Of a stretch of DNA of 64,000 nt, positions 14,801-30,300 are shown one piece after another. The notes under the pieces are model-generated. The model searched no databases, was not told where the DNA came from, and saw only the letters and a list, made by a program, of their open reading frames with translations. Numbering within the stretch: the stretch's first letter is position 1; the number at the start of each line of letters is the position of its first letter. A program made the translations under genes and the position numbers. The stretch lies in contig CAXHJY010000928.1 of the NCBI GenBank assembly GCA_964016885.1, positions 496,001 through 560,000 on the forward strand, in the 5' to 3' direction. The DNA is from Eledone cirrhosa. Its lineage: Eukaryota.

Positions 14801-17800
14801 TGATGTTATGAGAGACACAAGAGACAACACTTACTACACTGTCATCATTGTGTTAGTGATGTTATGAGAGAGACATGAGACAACACTTACTACACTGTCA
14901 TCATTGTATTAGTGATGTTATGAGAGAGACAAGAGACAACACTTACTACACTGTCAGCATTGTGTTAGTGATGTTTTGAGAGACATGAGACACTTACTAC
15001 ACTGTCATCATTGTGTTAGCGATGTTATAAGAGAGACATGAGACAACACTTACTACACTGTCATCATTGTGTAGTGATGTTATGAGAGACACAAGAGACA
15101 ACACTTACTACACTGTCATCATTGTGTTACTGATGTTATGAGAGAGACATGAGACAACACTTACTACACTGTCATCATTGTGTTAGTGATGTTATGAGAG
15201 AGACATGAGACAACACTTACTACACTGTCATCATTGTATTAGTGATGTTATGAGAGAGACAAGAGACAACACTTACTACACTGTCATCATTGTGTTAGTG
15301 ATGTTATGAGAGACACAAGAGACAACACTTACTACGCTGTCATCATTGTGTTAGTGATGTTATGAGAGAGACATGAGACTACACTTACTACACTGTCATC
15401 ATTGTGTTAGTGATGTTATGAGAGAGACATGAGACTACACTTACTACACTGTCATCATTGTGTTAGTGATGTTATGAGAGACACAAGAGACAACACTTAC
15501 TACGCTGTCATTGTATTAGTGGTGTTATGAGAGAGACATGAGACAACACTTACTACACTGTCATCATCGTGTTAGTGATGTTATGAGAGACACAAGAGAC
15601 AACACTTACTACACTTTCATCATTGTGTTAGTGATGTTTTGAGAGAGACATGAGACAACACTTACTACACTGTCATCATTGTGTTAGTGATGTTATGAGA
15701 GAGACATGAGACAACACTTACTACACTGTCATCATTGTGTTAGTGATGTTATGAGAGAGACATGAGACTACACTGTCATCATTGTATTAGTGATGTTATG
15801 AGAGAGGCAAGAGACAACACTTACTACACTGTCATCATTGTGTTAGTGTTGTTATGAGAGAGATGTTGAGACAGCACTTACTACACTGTCATCATTGTAT
15901 TAGTGGTGTTATGAGAGAGACATGAGACAACACTTACTACACTGTCATAATTGTGTTAGTGATGTTATGAGAGAGACATGAGACTACACTTACTACACTG
16001 TCATCATTGTTAGTGATGTTATGAGAGACACAAGAGACAACACTTACTACACTGTCATCATTGTGTTAGTGATGTTATGAGAGAGACATGAGACTACACT
16101 TACTACACTGTCATCATTGTGTTAGTGATGTTATGAGAGACACAAGAGACAACACTTACTACACTGTCATCATTGTGTTAGTGATGTTATGAGAGAGATG
16201 TTGAGACAGCACTTACTACACTGTCATTGTATTAGTGGTGTTATGAGAGAGACATGAGACAACACTTACTACACTGTCATCATTGTATTAGTGGTGTTAT
16301 GAGAGAGACATGAGACAACACTTACTACACTGTCATCATTGTGTTAGTGATGTTATGAGAGAGACATGAGACAACACTTACTACACTGTCATCATTGTAT
16401 TAGTGATGTTATGAGAGAGACAAGAGACAACACTTACTACACTGTCATCATTGTTAGTGATGTTATGAGAGACACAAGAGACAACACTTACTACACTGTC
16501 ATCATTGTGTTAGCGATGTTATAAGAGAGACATGAGACAACACTTACTACACTGTCATCATTGTGTAGTGATGTTATGAGAGACACAAGAGACAACACTT
16601 ACTACACTGTCATCATTGTGTTACTGATGTTATGAGAGAGACATGAGACAACACTTACTACACTGTCATCATTGTGTTAGTGATGTTATGAGAGAGACAT
16701 GAGACAACACTTACTACACTGTCATCATTGTATTAGTGATGTTATGAGAGAGACAAGAGACAACACTTACTACACTGTCATCATTGTGTTAGTGATGTTA
16801 TGAGAGACACAAGCGACAACACTTACTACGCTGTCATCATTGTGTTAGTGATGTTATGAGAGAGACATGAGACTACACTTACTACACTGTCATCATTGTG
16901 TTAGTGATGTTATGAGAGAGACATGAGACAACACTTACTACACTGTCATCATTGTGTTAGTGATGTTATGAGAGACACAAGAGACAACACTTACTACGCT
17001 GTCATCATTGTGTTAGTGATGTTATGAGAGAGACATGAGACTACACTTACTACACTGTCATCATTGTGTTAGTGATGTTATGAGAGACACAAGAGACAAC
17101 ACTTACTACGCTGTCATCATTGTGTTAGTGATGTTATGAGAGAGACATGAGACTACACTGTCATCATTGTGTTAGTGATGTTATGAGAGAGACATGAGAC
17201 AACACTTACTACACTGTCATCATTGTGTTAGTGATGTTATGAGAGACACAAGAGACAACACTTACTACGCTGTCATCATTGTGTTAGTGATGTTATGAGA
17301 GAGACATGAGACTACACTTACTACACTGTCATCATTGTGTTAGTGATGTTATGAGAGACACAAGAGACAACACTTACTACGCTGTCATCATTGTGTTAGT
17401 GATGTTATGAGAGAGACATGAGACTACACTTACTACACTGTCATCATTGTGTTAGTGATGTTATGAGAGAGACATGAGACAACACTTACTACACTGTCAT
17501 CATTGTGTTAGTGATGTTATGAGAGACACAAGAGACAACACTTACTACGCTGTCATCATTGTGTTAGTGATGTTATGAGAGAGACATGAGACTACACTTA
17601 CTACACTGTCATCATTGTGTTAGTGATGTTATGAGAGAGACATGAGACAACACTTACTACACTGTCATCATTGTTAGTGATGTTATGAGAGACACAAGAG
17701 ACAACACTTACTACGCTGTCATCATTGTGTTAGTGATGTTATGAGAGAGACATGAGACAACACTTACTACACTGTCATCATTGTATTAGTGATGTTATGA

Positions 17801-20800
17801 GAGAGACAAGAGACAACACTTACTACACTGTCATCATTGATAGTGATGTTATGAGAGACACAAGAGACAACACTTACTACACTGTCATCATTGTGTTAGT
17901 GATGTTATGAGAGAGACATGAGACAACACTTACTACACTGTCATCATTGTATTAGTGATGTTATGAGAGAGACAAGAGACAACACTTACTACACTGTCAG
18001 CATTGTGTTAGTGATGTTTTGAGAGACATGAGACACTTACTACACTGTCATCATTGTGTTAGCGATGTTATAAGAGAGACATGAGACAACACTTACTACA
18101 CTGTCATCATTGTGTAGTGATGTTATGAGAGACACAAGAGACAACACTTACTACACTGTCATCATTGTGTTACTGATGTTATGAGAGAGACATGAGACAA
18201 CACTTACTACACTGTCATCATTGTGTTAGTGATGTTATGAGAGAGACATGAGACAACACTTACTACACTGTCATCATTGTATTAGTGATGTTATGAGAGA
18301 GACAAGAGACAACACTTACTACACTGTCATCATTGTGTTAGTGATGTTATGAGAGACACAAGAGACAACACTTACTACGCTGTCATCATTGTGTTAGTGA
18401 TGTTATGAGAGAGACATGAGACTACACTTACTACACTGTCATCATTGTGTTAGTGATGTTATGAGAGAGACATGAGACTACACTTACTACACTGTCATCA
18501 TTGTGTTAGTGATGTTATGAGAGACACAAGAGACAACACTTACTACGCTGTCATTGTATTAGTGGTGTTATGAGAGAGACATGAGACAACACTTACTACA
18601 CTGTCATCATCGTGTTAGTGATGTTATGAGAGACACAAGAGACAACACTTACTACACTTTCATCATTGTGTTAGTGATGTTTTGAGAGAGACATGAGACA
18701 ACACTTACTACACTGTCATCATTGTGTTAGTGATGTTATGAGAGAGACATGAGACAACACTTACTACACTGTCATCATTGTATTAGTGATGTTATGAGAG
18801 ACAAGAGACAACACTTACTACACTGTCATCATTGTGTTAGTGATGTTATGAGAGACACAAGAGACAACACTTACTACGCTGTCATCATTGTGTTAGTGAT
18901 GTTATGAGAGAGACATGAGACTACACTTACTACACTGTCATCATTGTGTTAGTGATGTTATGAGAGAGACATGAGACAACACTTACTACACTGTCTTCAT
19001 TGTTAGTGATGTTATGAGAGACACAAGAGACAACACTTACTACGCTGTCACCATTGTGTTAGTGATGTTATGAGAGAGACATGAGACAACACTTACTACA
19101 CTGTCATCATTGTATTAGTGATGTTATGAGAGAGACAAGAGACAACACTTACTACACTGTCATCATTGTTAGTGATGTTATGAGAGACACAAGAGACAAC
19201 ACTTACTACACTGTCATCATTGTGTTAGTGATGTTATGAGAGAGACATGAGACAACACTTACTACACTGTCATCATTGTATTAGTGATGTTATGAGAGAG
19301 ACAAGAGACAACACTTACTACACTGTCAGCATTGTGTTAGTGATGTTTTGAGAGACATGAGACACTTACTACACTGTCATCATTGTGTTAGCGATGTTAT
19401 AAGAGAGACATGAGACAACACTTACTACACTGTCATCATTGTGTAGTGATGTTATGAGAGACACAAGAGACAACACTTACTACACTGTCATCATTGTGTT
19501 ACTGATGTTATGAGAGAGACATGAGACAACACTTACTACACTGTCATCATTGTATTAGTGATGTTATGAGAGAGACAAGAGACAACACTTACTACACTGT
19601 CATCATTGTGTTAGTGATGTTATGAGAGACACAAGAGACAACACTTACTACGCTGTCATCATTGTGTTAGTGATGTTATGAGAGAGACATGAGACTACAC
19701 TTACTACACTGTCATCATTGTGTTAGTGATGTTATGAGAGAGACATGAGACAACACTTACTACACTGTCATCATTGTGTTAGTGATGTTATGAGAGACAC
19801 AAGAGACAACACTTACTACGCTGTCATCATTGTGTTAGTGATGTTATGAGAGAGACATGAGACTACACTTACTACACTGTCATCATTTTGTTAGTGATGT
19901 TATGAGAGACACAAGAGACAACACTTACTACGCTGTCATCATTGTGTTAGTGATGTTATGAGAGAGACATGAGACTACACTGTCATCATTGTGTTAGTGA
20001 TGTTATGAGAGAGACATGAGACAACACTTACTACACTGTCATCATTGTGTTAGTGATGTTATGAGAGACACAAGAGACAACACTTACTACGCTGTCATCA
20101 TTGTGTTAGTGATGTTATGAGAGAGACATGAGACTACACTTACTACACTGTCATCATTGTGTTAGTGATGTTATGAGAGACACAAGAGACAACACTTACT
20201 ACGCTGTCATCATTGTGTTAGTGATGTTATGAGAGAGACATGAGACTACACTTACTACACTGTCATCATTGTGTTAGTGATGTTATGAGAGAGACATGAG
20301 ACAACACTTACTACACTGTCATCATTGTGTTAGTGATGTTATGAGAGACACAAGAGACAACACTTACTACGCTGTCATCATTGTGTTAGTGATGTTATGA
20401 GAGAGACATGAGACTACACTTACTACACTGTCATCATTGTGTTAGTGATGTTATGAGAGAGACATGAGACAACACTTACTACACTGTCATCATTGTTAGT
20501 GATGTTATGAGAGACACAAGAGACAACACTTACTACGCTGTCATCATTGTGTTAGTGATGTTATGAGAGAGACATGAGACAACACTTACTACACTGTCAT
20601 CATTGTATTAGTGATGTTATGAGAGAGACAAGAGACAACACTTACTACACTGTCATCATTGATAGTGATGTTATGAGAGACACAAGAGACAACACTTACT
20701 ACACTGTCATCATTGTGTTAGTGATGTTATGAGAGAGACATGAGACAACACTTACTACACTGTCATCATTGTATTAGTGATGTTATGAGAGAGACAAGAG

Positions 20801-23800
20801 ACAACACTTACTACACTGTCAGCATTGTGTTAGTGATGTTTTGAGAGACATGAGACACTTACTACACTGTCATCATTGTGTTAGCGATGTTATAAGAGAG
20901 ACATGAGACAACACTTACTACACTGTCATCATTGTGTAGTGATGTTATGAGAGACACAAGAGACAACACTTACTACACTGTCATCATTGTGTTACTGATG
21001 TTATGAGAGAGACATGAGACAACACTTACTACACTGTCATCATTGTGTTAGTGATGTTATGAGAGAGACATGAGACAACACTTACTACACTGTCATCATT
21101 GTATTAGTGATGTTATGAGAGAGACAAGAGACAACACTTACTACACTGTCATCATTGTGTTAGTGATGTTATGAGAGACACAAGAGACAACACTTACTAC
21201 GCTGTCATCATTGTGTTAGTGATGTTATGAGAGAGACATGAGACTACACTTACTACACTGTCATCATTGTGTTAGTGATGTTATGAGAGAGACATGAGAC
21301 TACACTTACTACACTGTCATCATTGTGTTAGTGATGTTATGAGAGACACAAGAGACAACACTTACTACGCTGTCATTGTATTAGTGGTGTTATGAGAGAG
21401 ACATGAGACAACACTTACTACACTGTCATCATCGTGTTAGTGATGTTATGAGAGACACAAGAGACAACACTTACTACACTTTCATCATTGTGTTAGTGAT
21501 GTTTTGAGAGAGACATGAGACAACACTTACTACACTGTCATCATTGTGTTAGTGATGTTATGAGAGAGACATGAGACAACACTTACTACACTGTCATCAT
21601 TGTGTTAGTGATGTTATGAGAGAGACATGAGACTACACTGTCATCATTGTATTAGTGATGTTATGAGAGAGGCAAGAGACAACACTTACTACACTGTCAT
21701 CATTGTGTTAGTGTTGTTATGAGAGAGATGTTGAGACAGCACTTACTACACTGTCATCATTGTATTAGTGGTGTTATGAGAGAGACATGAGACAACACTT
21801 ACTACACTGTCATAATTGTGTTAGTGATGTTATGAGAGAGACATGAGACTACACTTACTACACTGTCATCATTGTTAGTGATGTTATGAGAGACACAAGA
21901 GACAACACTTACTACACTGTCATCATTGTGTTAGTGATGTTATGAGAGAGACATGAGACTACACTTACTACACTGTCATCATTGTGTTAGTGATGTTATG
22001 AGAGACACAAGAGACAACACTTACTACACTGTCATCATTGTGTTAGTGATGTTATGAGAGAGATGTTGAGACAGCACTTACTACACTGTCATTGTATTAG
22101 TGGTGTTATGAGAGAGACATGAGACAACACTTACTACACTGTCATCATTGTATTAGTGGTGTTATGAGAGAGACATGAGACAACACTTACTACACTGTCA
22201 TCATTGTGTTAGTGATGTTATGAGAGACACAAGAGACAACACTTACTACACTTTCATCATTGTGTTAGTGATGTTTTGAGAGAGACATGAGACAACACTT
22301 ACTACACTGTCATCATTGTGTTAGTGATGTTATGAGAGAGACATGAGACAACACTTACTACACTGTCATCATTGTATTAGTGATGTTATGAGAGACAAGA
22401 GACAACACTTACTACACTGTCATCATTGTGTTAGTGATGTTATGAGAGACACAAGAGACAACACTTACTACGCTGTCATCATTGTGTTAGTGATGTTATG
22501 AGAGAGACATGAGACTACACTTACTACACTGTCATCATTGTGTTAGTGATGTTATGAGAGAGACATGAGACAACACTTACTACACTGTCTTCATTGTTAG
22601 TGATGTTATGAGAGACACAAGAGACAACACTTACTACGCTGTCACCATTGTGTTAGTGATGTTATGAGAGAGACATGAGACAACACTTACTACACTGTCA
22701 TCATTGTATTAGTGATGTTATGAGAGAGACAAGAGACAACACTTACTACACTGTCATCATTGTTAGTGATGTTATGAGAGACACAAGAGACAACACTTAC
22801 TACACTGTCATCATTGTGTTAGTGATGTTATGAGAGAGACATGAGACAACACTTACTACACTGTCATCATTGTATTAGTGATGTTATGAGAGAGACAAGA
22901 GACAACACTTACTACACTGTCAGCATTGTGTTAGTGATGTTTTGAGAGACATGAGACACTTACTACACTGTCATCATTGTGTTAGCGATGTTATAAGAGA
23001 GACATGAGACAACACTTACTACACTGTCATCATTGTGTAGTGATGTTATGAGAGACACAAGAGACAACACTTACTACACTGTCATCATTGTGTTACTGAT
23101 GTTATGAGAGAGACATGAGACAACACTTACTACACTGTCATCATTGTATTAGTGATGTTATGAGAGAGACAAGAGACAACACTTACTACACTGTCATCAT
23201 TGTGTTAGTGATGTTATGAGAGACACAAGAGACAACACTTACTACGCTGTCATCATTGTGTTAGTGATGTTATGAGAGAGACATGAGACTACACTTACTA
23301 CACTGTCATCATTGTGTTAGTGATGTTATGAGAGAGACATGAGACAACACTTACTACACTGTCATCATTGTGTTAGTGATGTTATGAGAGACACAAGAGA
23401 CAACACTTACTACGCTGTCATCATTGTGTTAGTGATGTTATGAGAGAGACATGAGACTACACTTACTACACTGTCATCATTTTGTTAGTGATGTTATGAG
23501 AGACACAAGAGACAACACTTACTACGCTGTCATCATTGTGTTAGTGATGTTATGAGAGAGACATGAGACTACACTGTCATCATTGTGTTAGTGATGTTAT
23601 GAGAGAGACATGAGACAACACTTACTACACTGTCATCATTGTGTTAGTGATGTTATGAGAGACACAAGAGACAACACTTACTACGCTGTCATCATTGTGT
23701 TAGTGATGTTATGAGAGAGACATGAGACTACACTTACTACACTGTCATCATTGTGTTAGTGATGTTATGAGAGACACAAGAGACAACACTTACTACGCTG

Positions 23801-24350
23801 TCATCATTGTGTTAGTGATGTTATGAGAGAGACATGAGACTACACTTACTACACTGTCATCATTGTGTTAGTGATGTTATGAGAGAGACATGAGACAACA
23901 CTTACTACACTGTCATCATTGTGTTAGTGATGTTATGAGAGACACAAGAGACAACACTTACTACGCTGTCATCATTGTGTTAGTGATGTTATGAGAGAGA
24001 CATGAGACTACACTTACTACACTGTCATCATTGTGTTAGTGATGTTATGAGAGAGACATGAGACAACACTTACTACACTGTCATCATTGTTAGTGATGTT
24101 ATGAGAGACACAAGAGACAACACTTACTACGCTGTCATCATTGTGTTAGTGATGTTATGAGAGAGACATGAGACAACACTTACTACACTGTCATCATTGT
24201 ATTAGTGATGTTATGAGAGAGACAAGAGACAACACTTACTACACTGTCATCATTGATAGTGATGTTATGAGAGACACAAGAGACAACACTTACTACACTG
24301 TCATCATTGTGTTAGTGATGTTATGAGAGAGACATGAGACAACACTTACT
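4500..24350 (+). repeat. Tandem duplication with 9,903-bp period
   Basis: Rare variants recur at +9903: AAGCGAC 6911/16814; GTCACCATT 9148/19051 and 12742/22645; GAGGCAAG 5904/15807 and 11769/21672. Confidence 0.88.
5810..6420 (+). repeat. Variant-rich ~11-monomer cassette (GAGGCAAG, AGTGTTGTT, GATGTTGAGACAGC, TCATAATT); first of nine copies
   Basis: GAGGCAAG marker at about 5904, 11769, 15807, 21672, 25266, 31628, 33504, 44021 and 50322, each followed by the same ordered variants. Confidence 0.9.
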
Positions 24351-27300
24351 ACACTGTCATCATTGTATTAGTGATGTTATGAGAGAGACAAGAGACAACA
24401 CTTACTACACTGTCAGCATTGTGTTAGTGATGTTTTGAGAGACATGAGACACTTACTACACTGTCATCATTGTGTTAGCGATGTTATAAGAGAGACATGA
24501 GACAACACTTACTACACTGTCATCATTGTGTAGTGATGTTATGAGAGACACAAGAGACAACACTTACTACACTGTCATCATTGTGTTACTGATGTTATGA
24601 GAGAGACATGAGACAACACTTACTACACTGTCATCATTGTGTTAGTGATGTTATGAGAGAGACATGAGACAACACTTACTACACTGTCATCATTGTATTA
24701 GTGATGTTATGAGAGAGACAAGAGACAACACTTACTACACTGTCATCATTGTGTTAGTGATGTTATGAGAGACACAAGAGACAACACTTACTACGCTGTC
24801 ATCATTGTGTTAGTGATGTTATGAGAGAGACATGAGACTACACTTACTACACTGTCATCATTGTGTTAGTGATGTTATGAGAGAGACATGAGACTACACT
24901 TACTACACTGTCATCATTGTGTTAGTGATGTTATGAGAGACACAAGAGACAACACTTACTACGCTGTCATTGTATTAGTGGTGTTATGAGAGAGACATGA
25001 GACAACACTTACTACACTGTCATCATCGTGTTAGTGATGTTATGAGAGACACAAGAGACAACACTTACTACACTTTCATCATTGTGTTAGTGATGTTTTG
25101 AGAGAGACATGAGACAACACTTACTACACTGTCATCATTGTGTTAGTGATGTTATGAGAGAGACATGAGACAACACTTACTACACTGTCATCATTGTGTT
25201 AGTGATGTTATGAGAGAGACATGAGACTACACTGTCATCATTGTATTAGTGATGTTATGAGAGAGGCAAGAGACAACACTTACTACACTGTCATCATTGT
25301 GTTAGTGTTGTTATGAGAGAGATGTTGAGACAGCACTTACTACACTGTCATCATTGTATTAGTGGTGTTATGAGAGAGACATGAGACAACACTTACTACA
25401 CTGTCATAATTGTGTTAGTGATGTTATGAGAGAGACATGAGACTACACTTACTACACTGTCATCATTGTTAGTGATGTTATGAGAGACACAAGAGACAAC
25501 ACTTACTACACTGTCATCATTGTGTTAGTGATGTTATGAGAGAGACATGAGACTACACTTACTACACTGTCATCATTGTGTTAGTGATGTTATGAGAGAC
25601 ACAAGAGACAACACTTACTACACTGTCATCATTGTGTTAGTGATGTTATGAGAGAGATGTTGAGACAGCACTTACTACACTGTCATTGTATTAGTGGTGT
25701 TATGAGAGAGACATGAGACAACACTTACTACACTGTCATCATTGTATTAGTGGTGTTATGAGAGAGACATGAGACAACACTTACTACACTGTCATCATTG
25801 TGTTAGTGATGTTATGAGAGAGACATGAGACAACACTTACTACACTGTCATCATTGTATTAGTGATGTTATGAGAGAGACAAGAGACAACACTTACTACA
25901 CTGTCATCATTGTTAGTGATGTTATGAGAGACACAAGAGACAACACTTACTACACTGTCATCATTGTGTTAGTGATGTTATGAGAGAGACATGAGACAAC
26001 ACTTACTACACTGTCATCATTGTGTTAGTGATGTTATGAGAGAGACATGAGACAACACTTACTACACTGTCATCATTGTATTAGTGATGTTATGAGAGAC
26101 AAGAGACAACACTTACTACACTGTCATCATTGTGTTAGTGATGTTATGAGAGACACAAGAGACAACACTTACTACGCTGTCATCATTGTGTTAGTGATGT
26201 TATGAGAGAGACATGAGACTACACTTACTACACTGTCATCATTGTGTTAGTGATGTTATGAGAGAGACATGAGACAACACTTACTACACTGTCATCATTG
26301 TGTTAGTGATGTTATGAGAGACACAAGAGACAACACTTACTACGCTGTCATCATTGTGTTAGTGATGTTATGAGAGAGACATGAGACTACACTTACTACA
26401 CTGTCATCATTGTGTTAGTTATGTTATGAGAGACACAAGAGACAACACTTACTACGCTGTCATCATTGTGTTAGTGATGTTATGAGAGAGACATGAGACT
26501 ACACTGTCATCATTGTGTTAGTGATGTTATGAGAGACACAAGAGACAACACTTACTACGCTGTCATCATTGTATTAGTGGTGTTATGAGAGAGACATGAG
26601 ACAACACTTACTACACTGTCATCATCGTGTTAGTGATATGAGAGACACAAGAGACAACACTTACTACACTGTCATCATTGTGTTAGTGATGTTTTGAGAG
26701 AGACATGAGACAACACTTACTACACTGTCATCATTGTGTTAGCGATGTTATAAGAGAGACATGAGACAACACTTACTACACTGTCATCATTGTGTTAGTG
26801 ATGTTATGAGAGAGACATGAGACAACACTTACTACACTGTCATCATTGTGTTAGTGATGTTATGAGAGACACAAGAGACAACACTTACTACACTGTCATC
26901 ATTGTATTAGTGGTGTTATGAGAGAGACATGAGACAACACTTACTACACTGTCATCATCGTGTTAGTGATATGAGAGACACAAGAGACAACACTTACTAC
27001 ACTGTCATCATTGTGTTAGTGATGTTTTGAGAGAGACACGAGACAACACTTACTACACTGTCATCATTGTGTTAGCGATGTTATAAGAGAGACATGAGAC
27101 AACACTTACTACACTGTCATCATTGTGTTAGTGATGTTATGAGAGAGACATGAGACAACACTTACTACACTGTCATCATTGTGTTAGTGATGTTATGAGA
27201 GACACAAGAGACAACACTTACTACGCTGTCATCATTGTGTTAGTGATGTTATGAGAGAGACATGAGACTACACTTACTACACTGTCATCATTGTGTTAGT

Positions 27301-30300
27301 GATGTTATGAGAGACACAAGAGACAACACTTACTACGCTGTCATCATTGTGTTAGTGATGTTATGAGAGAGACATGAGACTACACTTACTACACTGTCAT
27401 CATTGTGTTAGTGATGTTATGAGAGAGACATGAGACAACACTTACTACACTGTCATCATTGTGTTAGTGATGTTATGAGAGACACAAGAGACAACACTTA
27501 CTACGCTGTCATCATTGTGTTAGTGATGTTATGAGAGAGACATGAGACTACACTTACTACACTGTCATCATTGTGTTAGTGATGTTATGAGAGAGACATG
27601 AGACAACACTTACTACACTGTCATCATTGTTAGTGATGTTATGAGAGACACAAGAGACAACACTTACTACGCTGTCATCATTGTGTTAGTGATGTTATGA
27701 GAGAGACATGAGACAACACTTACTACACTGTCATCATTGTATTAGTGATGTTATGAGAGAGACAAGAGACAACACTTACTACACTGTCATCATTGATAGT
27801 GATGTTATGAGAGACACAAGAGACAACACTTACTACACTGTCATCATTGTGTTAGTGATGTTATGAGAGAGACATGAGACAACACTTACTACACTGTCAT
27901 CATTGTATTAGTGATGTTATGAGAGAGACAAGAGACAACACTTACTACACTGTCAGCATTGTGTTAGTGATGTTTTGAGAGACATGAGACACTTACTACA
28001 CTGTCATCATTGTGTTAGCGATGTTATAAGAGAGACATGAGACAACACTTACTACACTGTCATCATTGTGTAGTGATGTTATGAGAGACACAAGAGACAA
28101 CACTTACTACACTGTCATCATTGTGTTACTGATGTTATGAGAGAGACATGAGACAACACTTACTACACTGTCATCATTGTGTTAGTGATGTTATGAGAGA
28201 GACATGAGACAACACTTACTACACTGTCATCATTGTATTAGTGATGTTATGAGAGAGACAAGAGACAACACTTACTACACTGTCATCATTGTGTTAGTGA
28301 TGTTATGAGAGACACAAGAGACAACACTTACTACGCTGTCATCATTGTGTTAGTGATGTTATGAGAGAGACATGAGACTACACTTACTACACTGTCATCA
28401 TTGTGTTAGTGATGTTATGAGAGAGACATGAGACTACACTTACTACACTGTCATCATTGTGTTAGTGATGTTATGAGAGACACAAGAGACAACACTTACT
28501 ACGCTGTCATTGTATTAGTGGTGTTATGAGAGAGACATGAGACAACACTTACTACACTGTCATCATCGTGTTAGTGATGTTATGAGAGACACAAGAGACA
28601 ACACTTACTACACTTTCATCATTGTGTTAGTGATGTTTTGAGAGAGACATGAGACAACACTTACTACACTGTCATCATTGTGTTAGTGATGTTATGAGAG
28701 AGACATGAGACAACACTTACTACACTGTCATCATTGTATTAGTGATGTTATGAGAGACAAGAGACAACACTTACTACACTGTCATCATTGTGTTAGTGAT
28801 GTTATGAGAGACACAAGAGACAACACTTACTACGCTGTCATCATTGTGTTAGTGATGTTATGAGAGAGACATGAGACTACACTTACTACACTGTCATCAT
28901 TGTGTTAGTGATGTTATGAGAGAGACATGAGACAACACTTACTACACTGTCTTCATTGTTAGTGATGTTATGAGAGACACAAGAGACAACACTTACTACG
29001 CTGTCATCATTGTGTTAGTGATGTTATGAGAGAGACATGAGACAACACTTACTACACTGTCATCATTGTATTAGTGATGTTATGAGAGAGACAAGAGACA
29101 ACACTTACTACACTGTCATCATTGTTAGTGATGTTATGAGAGACACAAGAGACAACACTTACTACACTGTCATCATTGTGTTAGTGATGTTATGAGAGAG
29201 ACATGAGACAACACTTACTACACTGTCATCATTGTATTAGTGATGTTATGAGAGAGACAAGAGACAACACTTACTACACTGTCAGCATTGTGTTAGTGAT
29301 GTTTTGAGAGACATGAGACACTTACTACACTGTCATCATTGTGTTAGCGATGTTATAAGAGAGACATGAGACAACACTTACTACACTGTCATCATTGTGT
29401 AGTGATGTTATGAGAGACACAAGAGACAACACTTACTACACTGTCATCATTGTGTTACTGATGTTATGAGAGAGACATGAGACAACACTTACTACACTGT
29501 CATCATTGTATTAGTGATGTTATGAGAGAGACAAGAGACAACACTTACTACACTGTCATCATTGTGTTAGTGATGTTATGAGAGACACAAGAGACAACAC
29601 TTACTACGCTGTCATCATTGTGTTAGTGATGTTATGAGAGAGACATGAGACTACACTTACTACACTGTCATCATTGTGTTAGTGATGTTATGAGAGAGAC
29701 ATGAGACAACACTTACTACACTGTCATCATTGTGTTAGTGATGTTATGAGAGACACAAGAGACAACACTTACTACGCTGTCATCATTGTGTTAGTGATGT
29801 TATGAGAGAGACATGAGACTACACTTACTACACTGTCATCATTTTGTTAGTGATGTTATGAGAGACACAAGAGACAACACTTACTACGCTGTCATCATTG
29901 TGTTAGTGATGTTATGAGAGAGACATGAGACTACACTGTCATCATTGTGTTAGTGATGTTATGAGAGAGACATGAGACAACACTTACTACACTGTCATCA
30001 TTGTGTTAGTGATGTTATGAGAGACACAAGAGACAACACTTACTACGCTGTCATCATTGTGTTAGTGATGTTATGAGAGAGACATGAGACTACACTTACT
30101 ACACTGTCATCATTGTGTTAGTGATGTTATGAGAGACACAAGAGACAACACTTACTACGCTGTCATCATTGTGTTAGTGATGTTATGAGAGAGACATGAG
30201 ACTACACTTACTACACTGTCATCATTGTGTTAGTGATGTTATGAGAGAGACATGAGACAACACTTACTACACTGTCATCATTGTGTTAGTGATGTTATGA

